From the IMG/VR virus record IMGVR_UViG_3300031134_000007, positions 40,313-104,312 of that record: 64,000 bases of DNA; one strand, written 5' to 3'. Under the pieces are notes generated by a model. It searched no databases. It was not told the DNA's origin and saw only the letters and a list, made by a program, of their open reading frames with translations. The translations under genes and the position numbers were made by a program. Source of the DNA: a virus. Shown here in pieces: positions 47,684 to 57,196 of this stretch. Positions within the stretch are counted from its first letter, which is position 1; each line of letters begins with the position of its first letter.

Positions 47684-47737
47684 GCATAAAACCTCAACCC
47701 TTCCCCGTGAGGAGAAAGGTTGAGGCCTTACTTATGC
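47684..47737 (-). terminator. Terminator hairpin, GCATAA family
   Basis: CCTCAACC...GGTTGAGG flanked by GCATAA and TTATGC. Confidence 0.75.
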
Positions 47738-48961
47738 AGTACCCAGTACTTCTTTTGACACGGTGGTCTGACCGTTACCGTAGGTGCCCAGGAAGCGAGC
47801 CAGGTAATCAGCCTGCACATGGAACCACATATCCGGTTCAATGCGACCTGCCACCAGAATGATGGCCGCACGGTCTTCACGTGCCAGCTCGATGGTGACT
47901 TTAGCTTTGTCGCCAGCAAACTTGCCTTTCACACCCACGTCACCGGTTTGACCGTCAGCATCTTTCGCTTCAGCGACATCGTCTTCAGTCAAGACTTTCT
48001 GATAAGACGCTTCGAGACCGCCGTTCATCAGGTTGTATTCGAAGTCCACCTTAGCATCGGCCGGTGCAGCCGCTTGTGCGCGTTTGTAGACTTCTTCGCT
48101 GATAGACATCAGGTAATCAGCCAGATCGCCGGAGAAACGCTTGTACGCAGCCTGAGACGGTTTTACCACACGCTTCCAGTCACGGTGTTCGGCAGCATGA
48201 CGCGCAACAGCGGAACGCACGTTGTTGCCTGCTGCATCATCAGCCGGATACGTGCTTGCGATATCGATGCTCTGAATATCTTCGTAGTTCACTTCGCCAT
48301 CTTTGTTTTCGATGACATCCAGTGGACCACGTTTGTGTGTGACTACCTGCAGCAGGTTTTCGTCTTCGTTGTAGGCCAGCGTAGCACCCAGGTAAATGCC
48401 GTCGTCAGACTCTTTACCGTATTCCGCTTCCAGCATGGCTTTCTTGGCCGTCAGGAAATCAACTGCTTCTTGCACCAGCTTACGACCAATGCGGTCGATG
48501 TTTTCCAGACGTGCTTCCCAACCTTTCTCGCCAGGCAGCAGAGTGACTTCTGGCAGGTAGTACAGGCCGATGTTCGGGTTGGTACGACGCTGATGTGCAT
48601 CTTTCGCAGCCTGCTGCAGATGGTCGTAGCGCAGGATGAATTTGAACGCCTGCATATCCGGGTTCAGTTGGGTGTGTGCGTCATCCAGGTAAACCACAGG
48701 CTTACCATCTACTACCGGCACAAACCACTCAGTCACAATGATGCGACGACGATCATGCTCAACATCGATGTCTGAACCAAAGGTCCAGTTAGCACGGTCG
48801 GCGACTTCAATGTCGCGATAGAAACGCAGACGCACAGATTGACTGGCGAAGTCGCGAATGGAATCCAGCACCTGATCGATCCAGTCCTGTTCCCAATGAA
48901 CCGGAGCATTACGCTGAGCTTCTTTACGCAGTTGTTTCGTGTTGTTTTTCTTACCAGACAT
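47732..48961 (-). CDS. Hypothetical protein, probably highly expressed
   Basis: 409 aa; GAGG RBS; strong CTG/CGT/GAA codon bias. Confidence 0.75.
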   Translation of the reverse strand: MSGKKNNTKQLRKEAQRNAPVHWEQDWIDQVLDSIRDFASQSVRLRFYRDIEVADRANWTFGSDIDVEHDRRRIIVTEWFVPVVDGKPVVYLDDAHTQLNPDMQAFKFILRYDHLQQAAKDAHQRRTNPNIGLYYLPEVTLLPGEKGWEARLENIDRIGRKLVQEAVDFLTAKKAMLEAEYGKESDDGIYLGATLAYNEDENLLQVVTHKRGPLDVIENKDGEVNYEDIQSIDIASTYPADDAAGNNVRSAVARHAAEHRDWKRVVKPSQAAYKRFSGDLADYLMSISEEVYKRAQAAAPADAKVDFEYNLMNGGLEASYQKVLTEDDVAEAKDADGQTGDVGVKGKFAGDKAKVTIELAREDRAAIILVAGRIEPDMWFHVQADYLARFLGTYGNGQTTVSKEVLGTA

Positions 48962-48972
48962 GCGGTGGCCTC

Positions 48973-49380
48973 TTATTGACAGATCGTATTTTTGAAATAC
49001 GGTTTAGTATGTGCATACACGGTTGGTGCAAATTCCACAGAATGGATTACGACGCCCCTAAGTCCAAGGACTGTCAACCGAATACGGAAATCGATTACTT
49101 CAGCGGTAACACGCGGTTTACGTAACCACGTACTGTGGTCTACATAGATACAAGTGCTTATGTATTCTAATACTTGTCGCTCAACGTACTTACGTAAACG
49201 GGTGGCAATAAAGTTCATGCGATCAACGCGATCACCGATTGGCTTGAGGTTGACAATGGCCAGGTAATCATCGGGTTGGGTGAGTGCCGCACTGATCTCG
49301 TTCAGCAACCAGGTGACCTGGCTCACGAGTCGTGGTGGAGGAGTCATTACAAAGCGTATCCGTACTGAGGTAAAAAACAA
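48973..49380 (-). CDS. Hypothetical protein
   Basis: ORF fills the gap between neighbours; start uncertain (possibly ATG 49347). Confidence 0.5.
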   Translation of the reverse strand: MFFTSVRIRFVMTPPPRLVSQVTWLLNEISAALTQPDDYLAIVNLKPIGDRVDRMNFIATRLRKYVERQVLEYISTCIYVDHSTWLRKPRVTAEVIDFRIRLTVLGLRGVVIHSVEFAPTVYAHTKPYFKNTICQ

Positions 49381-49385
49381 AAGTG

Positions 49386-49433
49386 CAACATAAAAGAAGA
49401 GAGCGGTTTCCCACCCTCTTCCTTATTGTGTTG
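49386..49433 (-). terminator. Terminator hairpin, variant clamp CAACATAA...TTGTGTTG
   Basis: GAAGAG...CTCTTC stem with GAAA loop on the minus strand. Confidence 0.55.
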
Positions 49434-49434
49434 A

Positions 49435-49992
49435 TTATGCCAGCGCCGCGTCGTCAGGCATGCTGCCTTCAAGGGCGGCGAACAGACCCGCCAGATTCTT
49501 GAGTGAACACTGAATCAGTTCAGCGTCAACCGCACAATCACCTTTACGCGCATGGTTAATGGCGATGATGACTTTGTGGTTGCCGAAAAGTGGTTTCAGC
49601 TCATTCTCAAGAACAGACTTAAGGGTATGAATTTCGCCACCCGCAAAGTAGTAGTCGTTAGCCAGTTTGGCTTTCAGTGACGCGTGATGAAAGACGCCAC
49701 GTAAACCACCCAGCATGTGATACTGGTGAACCGGTATTTTAACCGTGTCAGCGATCTCTTCACCCGACTTCACATTGATGATGTTAGTACGGATGGTTTG
49801 AAAGAGACCGTCTTCACTGTTGAAGCCCAGGTTGAAACGGGTGTTCACATCAAAGCTTTCCCGCCCGCCATGCAGTTTGATCTGATGACGGATGTCCGAC
49901 TCGATGTATTGTTTCAAACGGATTAGGTATTCTTCAGCATTGGTGGCCGCGAGTGCCCGCACGACAGCTTCTTGGATAATGGATTGAATCAT
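49435..49992 (-). CDS. Hypothetical protein
   Basis: 185 aa; AAGGT RBS. Confidence 0.7.
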   Translation of the reverse strand: MIQSIIQEAVVRALAATNAEEYLIRLKQYIESDIRHQIKLHGGRESFDVNTRFNLGFNSEDGLFQTIRTNIINVKSGEEIADTVKIPVHQYHMLGGLRGVFHHASLKAKLANDYYFAGGEIHTLKSVLENELKPLFGNHKVIIAINHARKGDCAVDAELIQCSLKNLAGLFAALEGSMPDDAALA

Positions 49993-50079
49993 GGATGGTG
50001 GACCTTTGAATTTATAATTGGTTGTTAATACTCAACCCCTGAGCAGAGTATTGGCTTGACGAACTTAATCGTCATAACA

Positions 50080-50163
50080 TCATTTTACGTTACAGACAAA
50101 CATCAGGGTTAAACCGATAATGGTCACCATCAGGATGCCAAGATTAACGAGTGAATTGTTCAT
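50080..50163 (-). CDS. 27-aa membrane peptide (not in the ORF track)
   Basis: MNNSLVNLGILMVTIIGLTLMFVCNVK; GAGGA RBS; promoter motif upstream. Confidence 0.5.
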   Translation of the reverse strand: MNNSLVNLGILMVTIIGLTLMFVCNVK

Positions 50164-50220
50164 CAGATTATTCCTCACATGTAAAGTATTACATTTGTTT
50201 TCAGCTGAAAACTCACCATA

Positions 50221-50230
50221 GTGATATAGG
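50221..50230 (-). promoter_or_regulatory. Early promoter motif variant CCTATATCAC
   Basis: One mismatch to TATATTAC; heads the minus-strand accessory block. Confidence 0.55.
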
Positions 50231-50284
50231 TTTAAAATCTGATGGAAATTGTATGTTATTCAACTATTAAAACAGGAACTACTT

Positions 50285-52417
50285 ATGGCTCTCTTTGACC
50301 GCGTTAAAGGGATGCTTGGGATCATCAGCGTTCGGGAACAGAACGGCTTAATCACGATCTCTGGCACACCCTCGCGTTTTATTCAGTACGACATCGATAA
50401 ACTGTGGGGCACTTCCAAGATTGCCAAATACATGTTTAAGAACGTGAAACCCAGCGAATTCTCGTTCCACAGTTTCTTTGCGTTGGAAGTGGTGTACATG
50501 TTCGAGAAGATGATCAATGACAAAACCCGTTACTGCAGTCGTCGGGTGTTGATTCGTATTGTTGAACTGATTAAAGAAAACACCTGGATGAACGACATCG
50601 ATGAGAACTGGGCTGACATCATCGACATCAATCGCACCAAACCTATCAAGTTTCCCCTGCTCCCCAGTCAGCGCGGGTTCTTGCAGTACTATAACTACAC
50701 TAAGCCGCGTTACCGGTTAAAAGGTGCGTTGTACGCCGCGGATCCCGGTGCCGGGAAGACCATCGGTGGGATCGCCACCATGTTTGCCCGTGACCTGGAC
50801 TACGTCTTTGTCATCTCGCCAAAGAAAGCCATTTACGACGTTTGGGAGAAAACCCTCAAAGAAAGTATCAATGGCAATCAGACGACCTGGGTGGCCGATA
50901 GCAACACGGCATGTCCAAAGGGTACCAAGTGGATGATCTTCCACTATGAACGCCTAGGACAGGCTCTGGAGATGGCTAAGAGCCTACGGTTACCGAATGT
51001 GGGGATTATCCTCGACGAGTCCCACAACCTGAACATGAAATCAAAGGAATCGATTCGTACCGCAACCTTTGACGAACTGTGCGTCGTTTCCAAATCCCAG
51101 GATGTGGTGTGGCTCTCTGGTACCGCACTGACTGCCATGGGGTCTGAAGCCATTCCGTTGTTCCGCTCCTTAATCCCAGACTTCAACAGTGACGTTGAAT
51201 TTGCCATGCGTAAGATCTGGGGCAAAGTCGGGGGCAAGGCAAACGACATCCTGGCAAACCGTTTGGGAATTGTGAGCTTCTTGGTGCCTAAGGAAAGCTT
51301 CATGTCTGACAAGCCGGTCGAAGACACGAAGAAGGTGAAGATCCCCAATGGTCAACGTTATACCCTGGAGGCGATTCGCACACTCATGGTGTCCTTTATT
51401 AAGGAACGCTTTGAGTACTACACCAAGAACCGGCCGGTGTATCAGCAGATCTACGACGACGCAATGATCGCCCACCGTCGTGACCTGCGCACGCAACAGG
51501 ACCACGAAGCCTTTAAGAAGTACCAGGCGAACGTGGCAATGTTCCAGAAGTACGGTTTTGACCCCCGCACCATGTCAGACGAGTCCAAGTACTGTAACGA
51601 TTACGAACTCAACGTGATCATCCCATCGTTGCCGGATTCGTTGAAAGCACCGTTCAAGGATGCCCGTTCGGTGATCAAGTACGTGGACCTGAAGATTAAA
51701 GGTGAATGTCTGGGTCGGATACTGGGCAAGGAGCGTACGCAATGCCACATCGACATGGTCGCACACATTGACTTCCAACAGTACATCGACAACGCCACGA
51801 AGAAGACGTTGATCTTTACGGACTTTGTCCCGGTGCTGGAAGAGGCTCGTCGGGTGTGTATTGAGAAGGGGTATAACCCGGTGGTGGTCTACGGTGACAC
51901 GAACAATGAATTGGTGAGTATCATCAAGGATTTCCGTAGTAACGTTGACATTAATCCACTGGTAGCAACCTTCCGCTCACTGGCAGAAGCTGTGCCTGTA
52001 ACGGAGGCCAACAACGGAATGATGTTGAACAAGCCTTTCCGTTTCCATCATTACAAGCAAGCTGTGTCCCGTATGCACCGCATCGGTCAGGACGAAACGG
52101 TTTACATCAACAACTTCGTTCTGGATACCGGGAATGAGCCGAACATCTCCACCCGCTCAGAAGACATCATGAACTGGTCTCGTGACCAGGTCGATCAGCT
52201 GATGGGGTATGATCGTTACGGTTCAACGGTCAATGTGCCAGAGGTTGCTGACGGGATCGGACTGGAAGCGCTGGATGAACCACCGTTTGACCCGGACGAA
52301 GGATTCCTGTCCAGTGGTAACGAAGCACTGTATAACTTCATGGAGGCAGAAGGGTTTATTGTCGAAGAGTTACCGACGGCCATTAAACCACCACGCTCTA
52401 AAGCCATGAACTGGTAA
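50285..52417 (+). CDS. SNF2-family (SF2) helicase
   Basis: DPGAGKT, ILDESH, LSGT and QAVSRMHRIGQ motifs; start moved to ATG 50285 (AGGA RBS). Confidence 0.85.
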   Translation: MALFDRVKGMLGIISVREQNGLITISGTPSRFIQYDIDKLWGTSKIAKYMFKNVKPSEFSFHSFFALEVVYMFEKMINDKTRYCSRRVLIRIVELIKENTWMNDIDENWADIIDINRTKPIKFPLLPSQRGFLQYYNYTKPRYRLKGALYAADPGAGKTIGGIATMFARDLDYVFVISPKKAIYDVWEKTLKESINGNQTTWVADSNTACPKGTKWMIFHYERLGQALEMAKSLRLPNVGIILDESHNLNMKSKESIRTATFDELCVVSKSQDVVWLSGTALTAMGSEAIPLFRSLIPDFNSDVEFAMRKIWGKVGGKANDILANRLGIVSFLVPKESFMSDKPVEDTKKVKIPNGQRYTLEAIRTLMVSFIKERFEYYTKNRPVYQQIYDDAMIAHRRDLRTQQDHEAFKKYQANVAMFQKYGFDPRTMSDESKYCNDYELNVIIPSLPDSLKAPFKDARSVIKYVDLKIKGECLGRILGKERTQCHIDMVAHIDFQQYIDNATKKTLIFTDFVPVLEEARRVCIEKGYNPVVVYGDTNNELVSIIKDFRSNVDINPLVATFRSLAEAVPVTEANNGMMLNKPFRFHHYKQAVSRMHRIGQDETVYINNFVLDTGNEPNISTRSEDIMNWSRDQVDQLMGYDRYGSTVNVPEVADGIGLEALDEPPFDPDEGFLSSGNEALYNFMEAEGFIVEELPTAIKPPRSKAMNW

Positions 52418-52457
52418 GTCAGTAAGACAGGGATGTCATCTACATAGCGAGGGTCTT

Positions 52458-53579
52458 ATGTTAGAAATGCTTGTAGGGGGTGGGGGTAAACCTTACTACC
52501 CGAAATCAGGACCCGGACCGAAGTCTCTTCAGTACGGCAACGAGCAAGCGGGTTACTTTGGTACGGTAGCCCAATCGCAGCTTTTCACCCCCACCGAAAT
52601 TTTCAATCAGTTGAACATCCCACTGTTAGGTCCGTCACTTGACGCCAGTATGCTGTGGGGTAAGTTCTATTACCAGGGGACCATTGTTTATATTCCAACC
52701 CGACCGGTTAACACTACTGCCCAGGTATTCAGCTGGGAGTCGTTATACCAAATGGGTTTGGTGTACGGAACAGACAACGACGGGGCTTATCCTTCACCGG
52801 TATCGGCACCCTATAACCAGCGTACACTTATTGTGAAAAAGCTGGAGAACAAAGTTGCGGGCTTTAAAGTGCGACTGCCGAGTGCGGGAAACACCGACCC
52901 CATGACAGCAACGTTATCCGCAGCGGGTGAGTTCAGTGTGTTGCTGAGCAACATCATTGCGTTGGGTGTGGGTGCTGGCACAGGGAAATGGGACAGTTTA
53001 GACACCACGGTGTTTAATAGCACGTCCTACGAACTGTCACTGACCTCGCTTTTAAACAGCACCACGTCTGCATTGTACGGTCGTGGCCTTACCAGCAATC
53101 CAGGGCAGTATTCGTACAGTAATCTATCAAAGACAGGAACCGCCGCCGCCATTTTGTGGTGGCCTGTTTTGCAATATATAAATCCCGATGAAAACTTGCT
53201 CGATTTGATCAACTTTACTACCCAGTTACCGCAGCCAATGGCGGTGGATATGTTACAAACCACCGGCGAGTCAACCGGCGGTATTCTCAACGCGTTTAAC
53301 GTAACGTCGTCACCTGTTGCTAAACCGGCACAGGCCTCGGCAACGTACACTGCAGTGGTTTCACCGGTTAACCTTTATCCGTCTGTTGCAGGTCCTGCAC
53401 CGCGGGTAACAAAAGTCACTGCCGAACCACTCCAGGGACCCGTCAACATTGTAGTGAGTCATGTCGACCCCACCCCGGTCCTGAAGGTTGATAACCCGAT
53501 GACTGTGTTTAACCCGTTTGCACCGACAGTGCGTTATGAACCTAAACCACTGACCGGTCTGAAACTCGCCGACCAATAG
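52458..53579 (+). CDS. Virion structural/tail-fibre-like protein, paralog 1
   Basis: YPKSGPGP..L.YG...AGYFG and WWPVLQ motifs. Confidence 0.65.
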   Translation: MLEMLVGGGGKPYYPKSGPGPKSLQYGNEQAGYFGTVAQSQLFTPTEIFNQLNIPLLGPSLDASMLWGKFYYQGTIVYIPTRPVNTTAQVFSWESLYQMGLVYGTDNDGAYPSPVSAPYNQRTLIVKKLENKVAGFKVRLPSAGNTDPMTATLSAAGEFSVLLSNIIALGVGAGTGKWDSLDTTVFNSTSYELSLTSLLNSTTSALYGRGLTSNPGQYSYSNLSKTGTAAAILWWPVLQYINPDENLLDLINFTTQLPQPMAVDMLQTTGESTGGILNAFNVTSSPVAKPAQASATYTAVVSPVNLYPSVAGPAPRVTKVTAEPLQGPVNIVVSHVDPTPVLKVDNPMTVFNPFAPTVRYEPKPLTGLKLADQ

Positions 53580-53587
53580 AGGTAGCC

Positions 53588-54499
53588 ATGGCAATTAAAT
53601 TAAGTTGGACCAACCGTAACACCCAGCCCATCACTACGTCAATCTACCGTGGCGACACGCCACTGGATCGCAATAACTTGGGCACCCCATTGGTGGTTCT
53701 GTCCAACAACGAAACCAGCTGGGTTGATGCCACTGCGGCGCAGGGTAACACGTACTACTACGTATTCAAAACCAGCAATGGCAGTGAAACCATTACTTCA
53801 CGTAACCAAAAGCAACAGGCGGCTGAAACCCGCGGTCCGGGTTCGAACGTGTTCCAGTATGGTGACCGTGAACTGGGCTTGTATGATGTTATCGGTGCGG
53901 ATATGTTTATCAGTGCCGCTAACCTTAATACCTTGGTGGGTGGCGCAGTATCTGCCATTGTTGCGAATACCAGCTGGTACAAGTTAGCCCGTAAAGGCAA
54001 AGTGTTTATGGTGCCAGAGCGTGTTATTGGGTATACCACCTCGTATAACGCCCTGAACGCATTGGGATTGGTCACGGGCAAAACGGTACAGATCAACGGC
54101 TTTACCTGGAAGGTGCGCCTCATGCGCGGCTGGCGTGAAGCTGACTCTACCGTGCCGTTGCCTTCTAACGCCTTGAACACGTTCGATACTGCAACGTACA
54201 GCCAAACCTGTGAGTTCAATGATTTTGTATATCCGATGTGCGCACCCACACCTGTTACGCAACGCCTGCCTAACTGGTCACAAGTCGGGGTAGCGGCACT
54301 GTACTCGAGCTACGGTAACTACGTATTGATGCAGGAGCTGAGTGCCGAAGGCGACCGCTGTTTTGTACGGCTTATTTCTGGGATCGGTACCAATGAGCGT
54401 ACGAAGCTTTCAGCCGGCTCTGTGACCCAGACCGTCGTGCCGGGTACGTCGAACACAAACGTTGGCTGGTGGCCGGTGTTAGAATTGGTGGAGGTGTAG
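53588..54499 (+). CDS. Virion structural/tail-fibre-like protein, paralog 2
   Basis: N-terminal FN3-like LSW...IYR...YYY; GPG...GD...G; GWWPVLELV. Confidence 0.65.
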   Translation: MAIKLSWTNRNTQPITTSIYRGDTPLDRNNLGTPLVVLSNNETSWVDATAAQGNTYYYVFKTSNGSETITSRNQKQQAAETRGPGSNVFQYGDRELGLYDVIGADMFISAANLNTLVGGAVSAIVANTSWYKLARKGKVFMVPERVIGYTTSYNALNALGLVTGKTVQINGFTWKVRLMRGWREADSTVPLPSNALNTFDTATYSQTCEFNDFVYPMCAPTPVTQRLPNWSQVGVAALYSSYGNYVLMQELSAEGDRCFVRLISGIGTNERTKLSAGSVTQTVVPGTSNTNVGWWPVLELVEV

Positions 54500-54500
54500 C

Positions 54501-55418
54501 ATGGCAATCACTGCTAACTGGACAGCTGTATCGGGTTCCACCGGTTATAAGCTGTATCGTCAGGCTGGTGCAAAAGTTGACCTCACTAATCTGCCAGCCG
54601 ATGTCGTGTCCGTCGCCGCGGACAAAACCACGTATCAATACCCTACGTCGGTGAGCAACACTCTCTACTACGTGGTGGTGGCCTCAACAGATGCTAATGG
54701 GCTGGTGACGTTCTCTGATCAGATCATGATCGGTTACTATCCTGATACCGGGCCTGGGCCGTCTACGCTGCTGCGGGGTGATTGGTCATTCGGTTTCTTT
54801 GGTGAAGTGGCGGTGACCGATGTGGCCTCACCTAACGAGATTTATGCATCAGCCTACGCCTTAAAGGGGTCGAGTGCGTTATCACCACAAAACGCCTGGT
54901 CGGTGTATTATAAGTGTATTGTGGCAGGGCGTATCATCTTCATTCCTGATAATGCATATGCTAACAACGGACCCACCTTTGAAACCCTTCGTACCGCTGG
55001 TTTTGCGTTAGCAGATTACAGCTATGAGGCTAATGGTGTCAAGGTTGCGCGTAATGGGTTTGAGTTTGTGACCCGTGTTGCCCACGCAACTGCCGGTCCG
55101 TTGACAACCATTATCGCTGATCCAACAAAGGCCACGGACGACATCAGTCGTTCTGAACTGGGTATGTTCATAGCGCTGTTTGGTGGTCCTAACGCGCCAG
55201 GTGCAGTTCCTGCCGTTGCAGGTAATGTACCATACACCAAATACAGACTGGGTGATTACGCAGTATCGACATACCAAAACACGCTACCCACCGACACCTT
55301 TATTAACGCCCAGGGTTCAGGGGTGGTTGCTGCCGCGGCGGTCTCCTCGGCAACGGTATCAACGATTACAACCGCCACGTCGTCACGCGCTAACCTTGTT
55401 CTCGAACTGCTGTTCTAA
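54501..55418 (+). CDS. Virion structural/tail-fibre-like protein, paralog 3
   Basis: FN3-like N-terminus; YPDTGPGP..L.RGDWSFGFFGEV. Confidence 0.65.
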   Translation: MAITANWTAVSGSTGYKLYRQAGAKVDLTNLPADVVSVAADKTTYQYPTSVSNTLYYVVVASTDANGLVTFSDQIMIGYYPDTGPGPSTLLRGDWSFGFFGEVAVTDVASPNEIYASAYALKGSSALSPQNAWSVYYKCIVAGRIIFIPDNAYANNGPTFETLRTAGFALADYSYEANGVKVARNGFEFVTRVAHATAGPLTTIIADPTKATDDISRSELGMFIALFGGPNAPGAVPAVAGNVPYTKYRLGDYAVSTYQNTLPTDTFINAQGSGVVAAAAVSSATVSTITTATSSRANLVLELLF

Positions 55419-55433
55419 TAGGAGGGCTTTACC

Positions 55434-56315
55434 ATGGGTGTAAAACTCACCTGGCAGAATCGTGGTACCGTGCCACTGGATTCTATTCGCATTTATCGTT
55501 CAGCCACCAAAACCGGTGATTTGGTATTGATTGACACCATCGCGGGCAGTGCATTGACGTATGAAGACACCACCATGCCAACCACTAACCGGGTTTATTG
55601 GTATGTCGTTGCTTCGGTATTGAACGGCAATGAAACGTTGGGTGCTCGCACACCACTGGGTCATTTTCCCGACACTGGGCCTGGGCCGAAGAACATCGCC
55701 ATTGGGGATTGGGAGTTTGGTTACTTCGGTGAACTCACCGCCGATATGGCCTCCGTACCTACCTTTGATGAGGTCGCTTCAGCTGCGGGATTGAACCGGT
55801 CAGCTGACACCCCCACTAAAGTACGTAAGTGGGTGGTGGGCGGTAAGATCATCTATATCCCGAATGCAGCCATCGGCACGTATACACAGCCTAACATGCT
55901 GACGTATAAATTGATGAAACCGTTTAACTCGGACAGTGCGGCCGTGTTATCCATTGGTAAAGGCAACTACGGATTCAAAGTCCGGATACCACGCTCTTCC
56001 AATGTGAACGACACCGCAGCCATGTCAGACATCAATGGCGATAGCAGTAAATACAAAAGTGAACTGTGGGCCTTGTTTGCGCATCATGTGAATCTGGATG
56101 CAGCGTCGGAAGCCAGCCGTTACTTTAAAGGGGCGTTTCGTCTGGGGGATGAGACCAGTATATATTCGACATCAGGTCGTATCTTCCTGGGTTATGCAAA
56201 TGCCACCACGTATAACGCCTTGATTTGGTCACAGTGGTCCAGTACGTCATCGTACCCATTGAGTAACTCAATTGCGGCGTACCTGGTGTATGAATTGGAT
56301 TTCGGTACCACGTAA
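55434..56315 (+). CDS. Virion structural/tail-fibre-like protein, paralog 4
   Basis: FN3-like N-terminus; FPDTGPGP...IGDWEFGYFGEL. Confidence 0.65.
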   Translation: MGVKLTWQNRGTVPLDSIRIYRSATKTGDLVLIDTIAGSALTYEDTTMPTTNRVYWYVVASVLNGNETLGARTPLGHFPDTGPGPKNIAIGDWEFGYFGELTADMASVPTFDEVASAAGLNRSADTPTKVRKWVVGGKIIYIPNAAIGTYTQPNMLTYKLMKPFNSDSAAVLSIGKGNYGFKVRIPRSSNVNDTAAMSDINGDSSKYKSELWALFAHHVNLDAASEASRYFKGAFRLGDETSIYSTSGRIFLGYANATTYNALIWSQWSSTSSYPLSNSIAAYLVYELDFGTT

Positions 56316-56331
56316 GCAAAAAGAAAAGACG

Positions 56332-56387
56332 GCATAAAAGTAAAGACACCCTCCCTGCCTTGCGGCGGAGAGGGTGTCTTTTTATGC
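56332..56387. terminator. Bidirectional terminator, GCATAA family
   Basis: AAAGACACCCTC...GAGGGTGTCTTT flanked by GCATAA and TTATGC. Confidence 0.8.
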
Positions 56388-56410
56388 TGGTGAGTCTTTA
56401 TCTTTTTATG

Positions 56411-56713
56411 TTAAACGGCTTCAGCTAAATACGCTTCGCGCAGGGTACCAAGTTTGGTGTTCCCATTTACGCTTGCGCCTGAACCGTCAACGATTTCCAC
56501 TTCAATGTCAGAACCAATGACCTGAGCGATACGCTTACGCAGCGTGGACAGGTTATTAGTTTTGGCACAGCGGTTCTTGAACACGTCGGCGTAGTTTTCA
56601 CCCGTAAAGGCTACTTTCTTTTTCGCACCAACGCGTAATACCACACGGACGCCTTCACGATCAAGGACGCTTTGTTCTACCGACTCAGCGGTGATGGTTT
56701 TCTTCAAAGTCAT
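56411..56713 (-). CDS. Hypothetical protein
   Basis: 100 aa; VEIVDGSG..V.G.TKLGTLR..Y. Confidence 0.7.
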   Translation of the reverse strand: MTLKKTITAESVEQSVLDREGVRVVLRVGAKKKVAFTGENYADVFKNRCAKTNNLSTLRKRIAQVIGSDIEVEIVDGSGASVNGNTKLGTLREAYLAEAV

Positions 56714-56788
56714 GAGGTATTCCCATTATTAGAATAAACAGGTTGCTTGTGTGTAATGGACCACCCGGTAGGTGGTCATATACATTAG

Positions 56789-57196
56789 TCAGAACTCATA
56801 CTGGTCTTGGGTAAAGCTAACCGATACAAAGCCCTTACGCGTGGCCAACGACAGATGGATCCGTCCGTCTTCATGGAGTTTACCAATCCGCAGTCTTACT
56901 TCAGCCAATTCTGGATCTTGTTGCAAACGATCAATGAAGCTATCGCGATAATCCGCATAACGCATCCACGTCTGCATGAAGTCGCGAATCCCTTTGATGT
57001 AGCGACACGGTGACGAGGGCATCCGGGTCAGGATGTTGTCATCCAACAGAAAGCGATCCCGTTTATTAGGTACACTACGATCATCGTGCAGTTTACGAAC
57101 ACGAGACATGAATTTGTCCCAGGCCGGCACTTGCGTCAGAGGGGCGTGGGTGCCCAGAGAAGTCATACGAGTTGCTACATGCATAGGGTGCTCCAA
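56789..57196 (-). CDS. Hypothetical protein
   Basis: 135-aa ORF; start probably a downstream ATG after GGAG. Confidence 0.6.
   Translation of the reverse strand: MEHPMHVATRMTSLGTHAPLTQVPAWDKFMSRVRKLHDDRSVPNKRDRFLLDDNILTRMPSSPCRYIKGIRDFMQTWMRYADYRDSFIDRLQQDPELAEVRLRIGKLHEDGRIHLSLATRKGFVSVSFTQDQYEF

Noticed and set aside
47819-48775. 318-aa plus-strand ORF
   Set aside because: Antisense shadow of 47732-48961
52458-56315. Diversity-generating retroelement acting on the paralogs
   Set aside because: No reverse transcriptase and no near-identical TR/VR pair seen in the window
56411-56713. Ubiquitin-like protein
   Set aside because: Only a vague resemblance and no C-terminal Gly; needs a structure search
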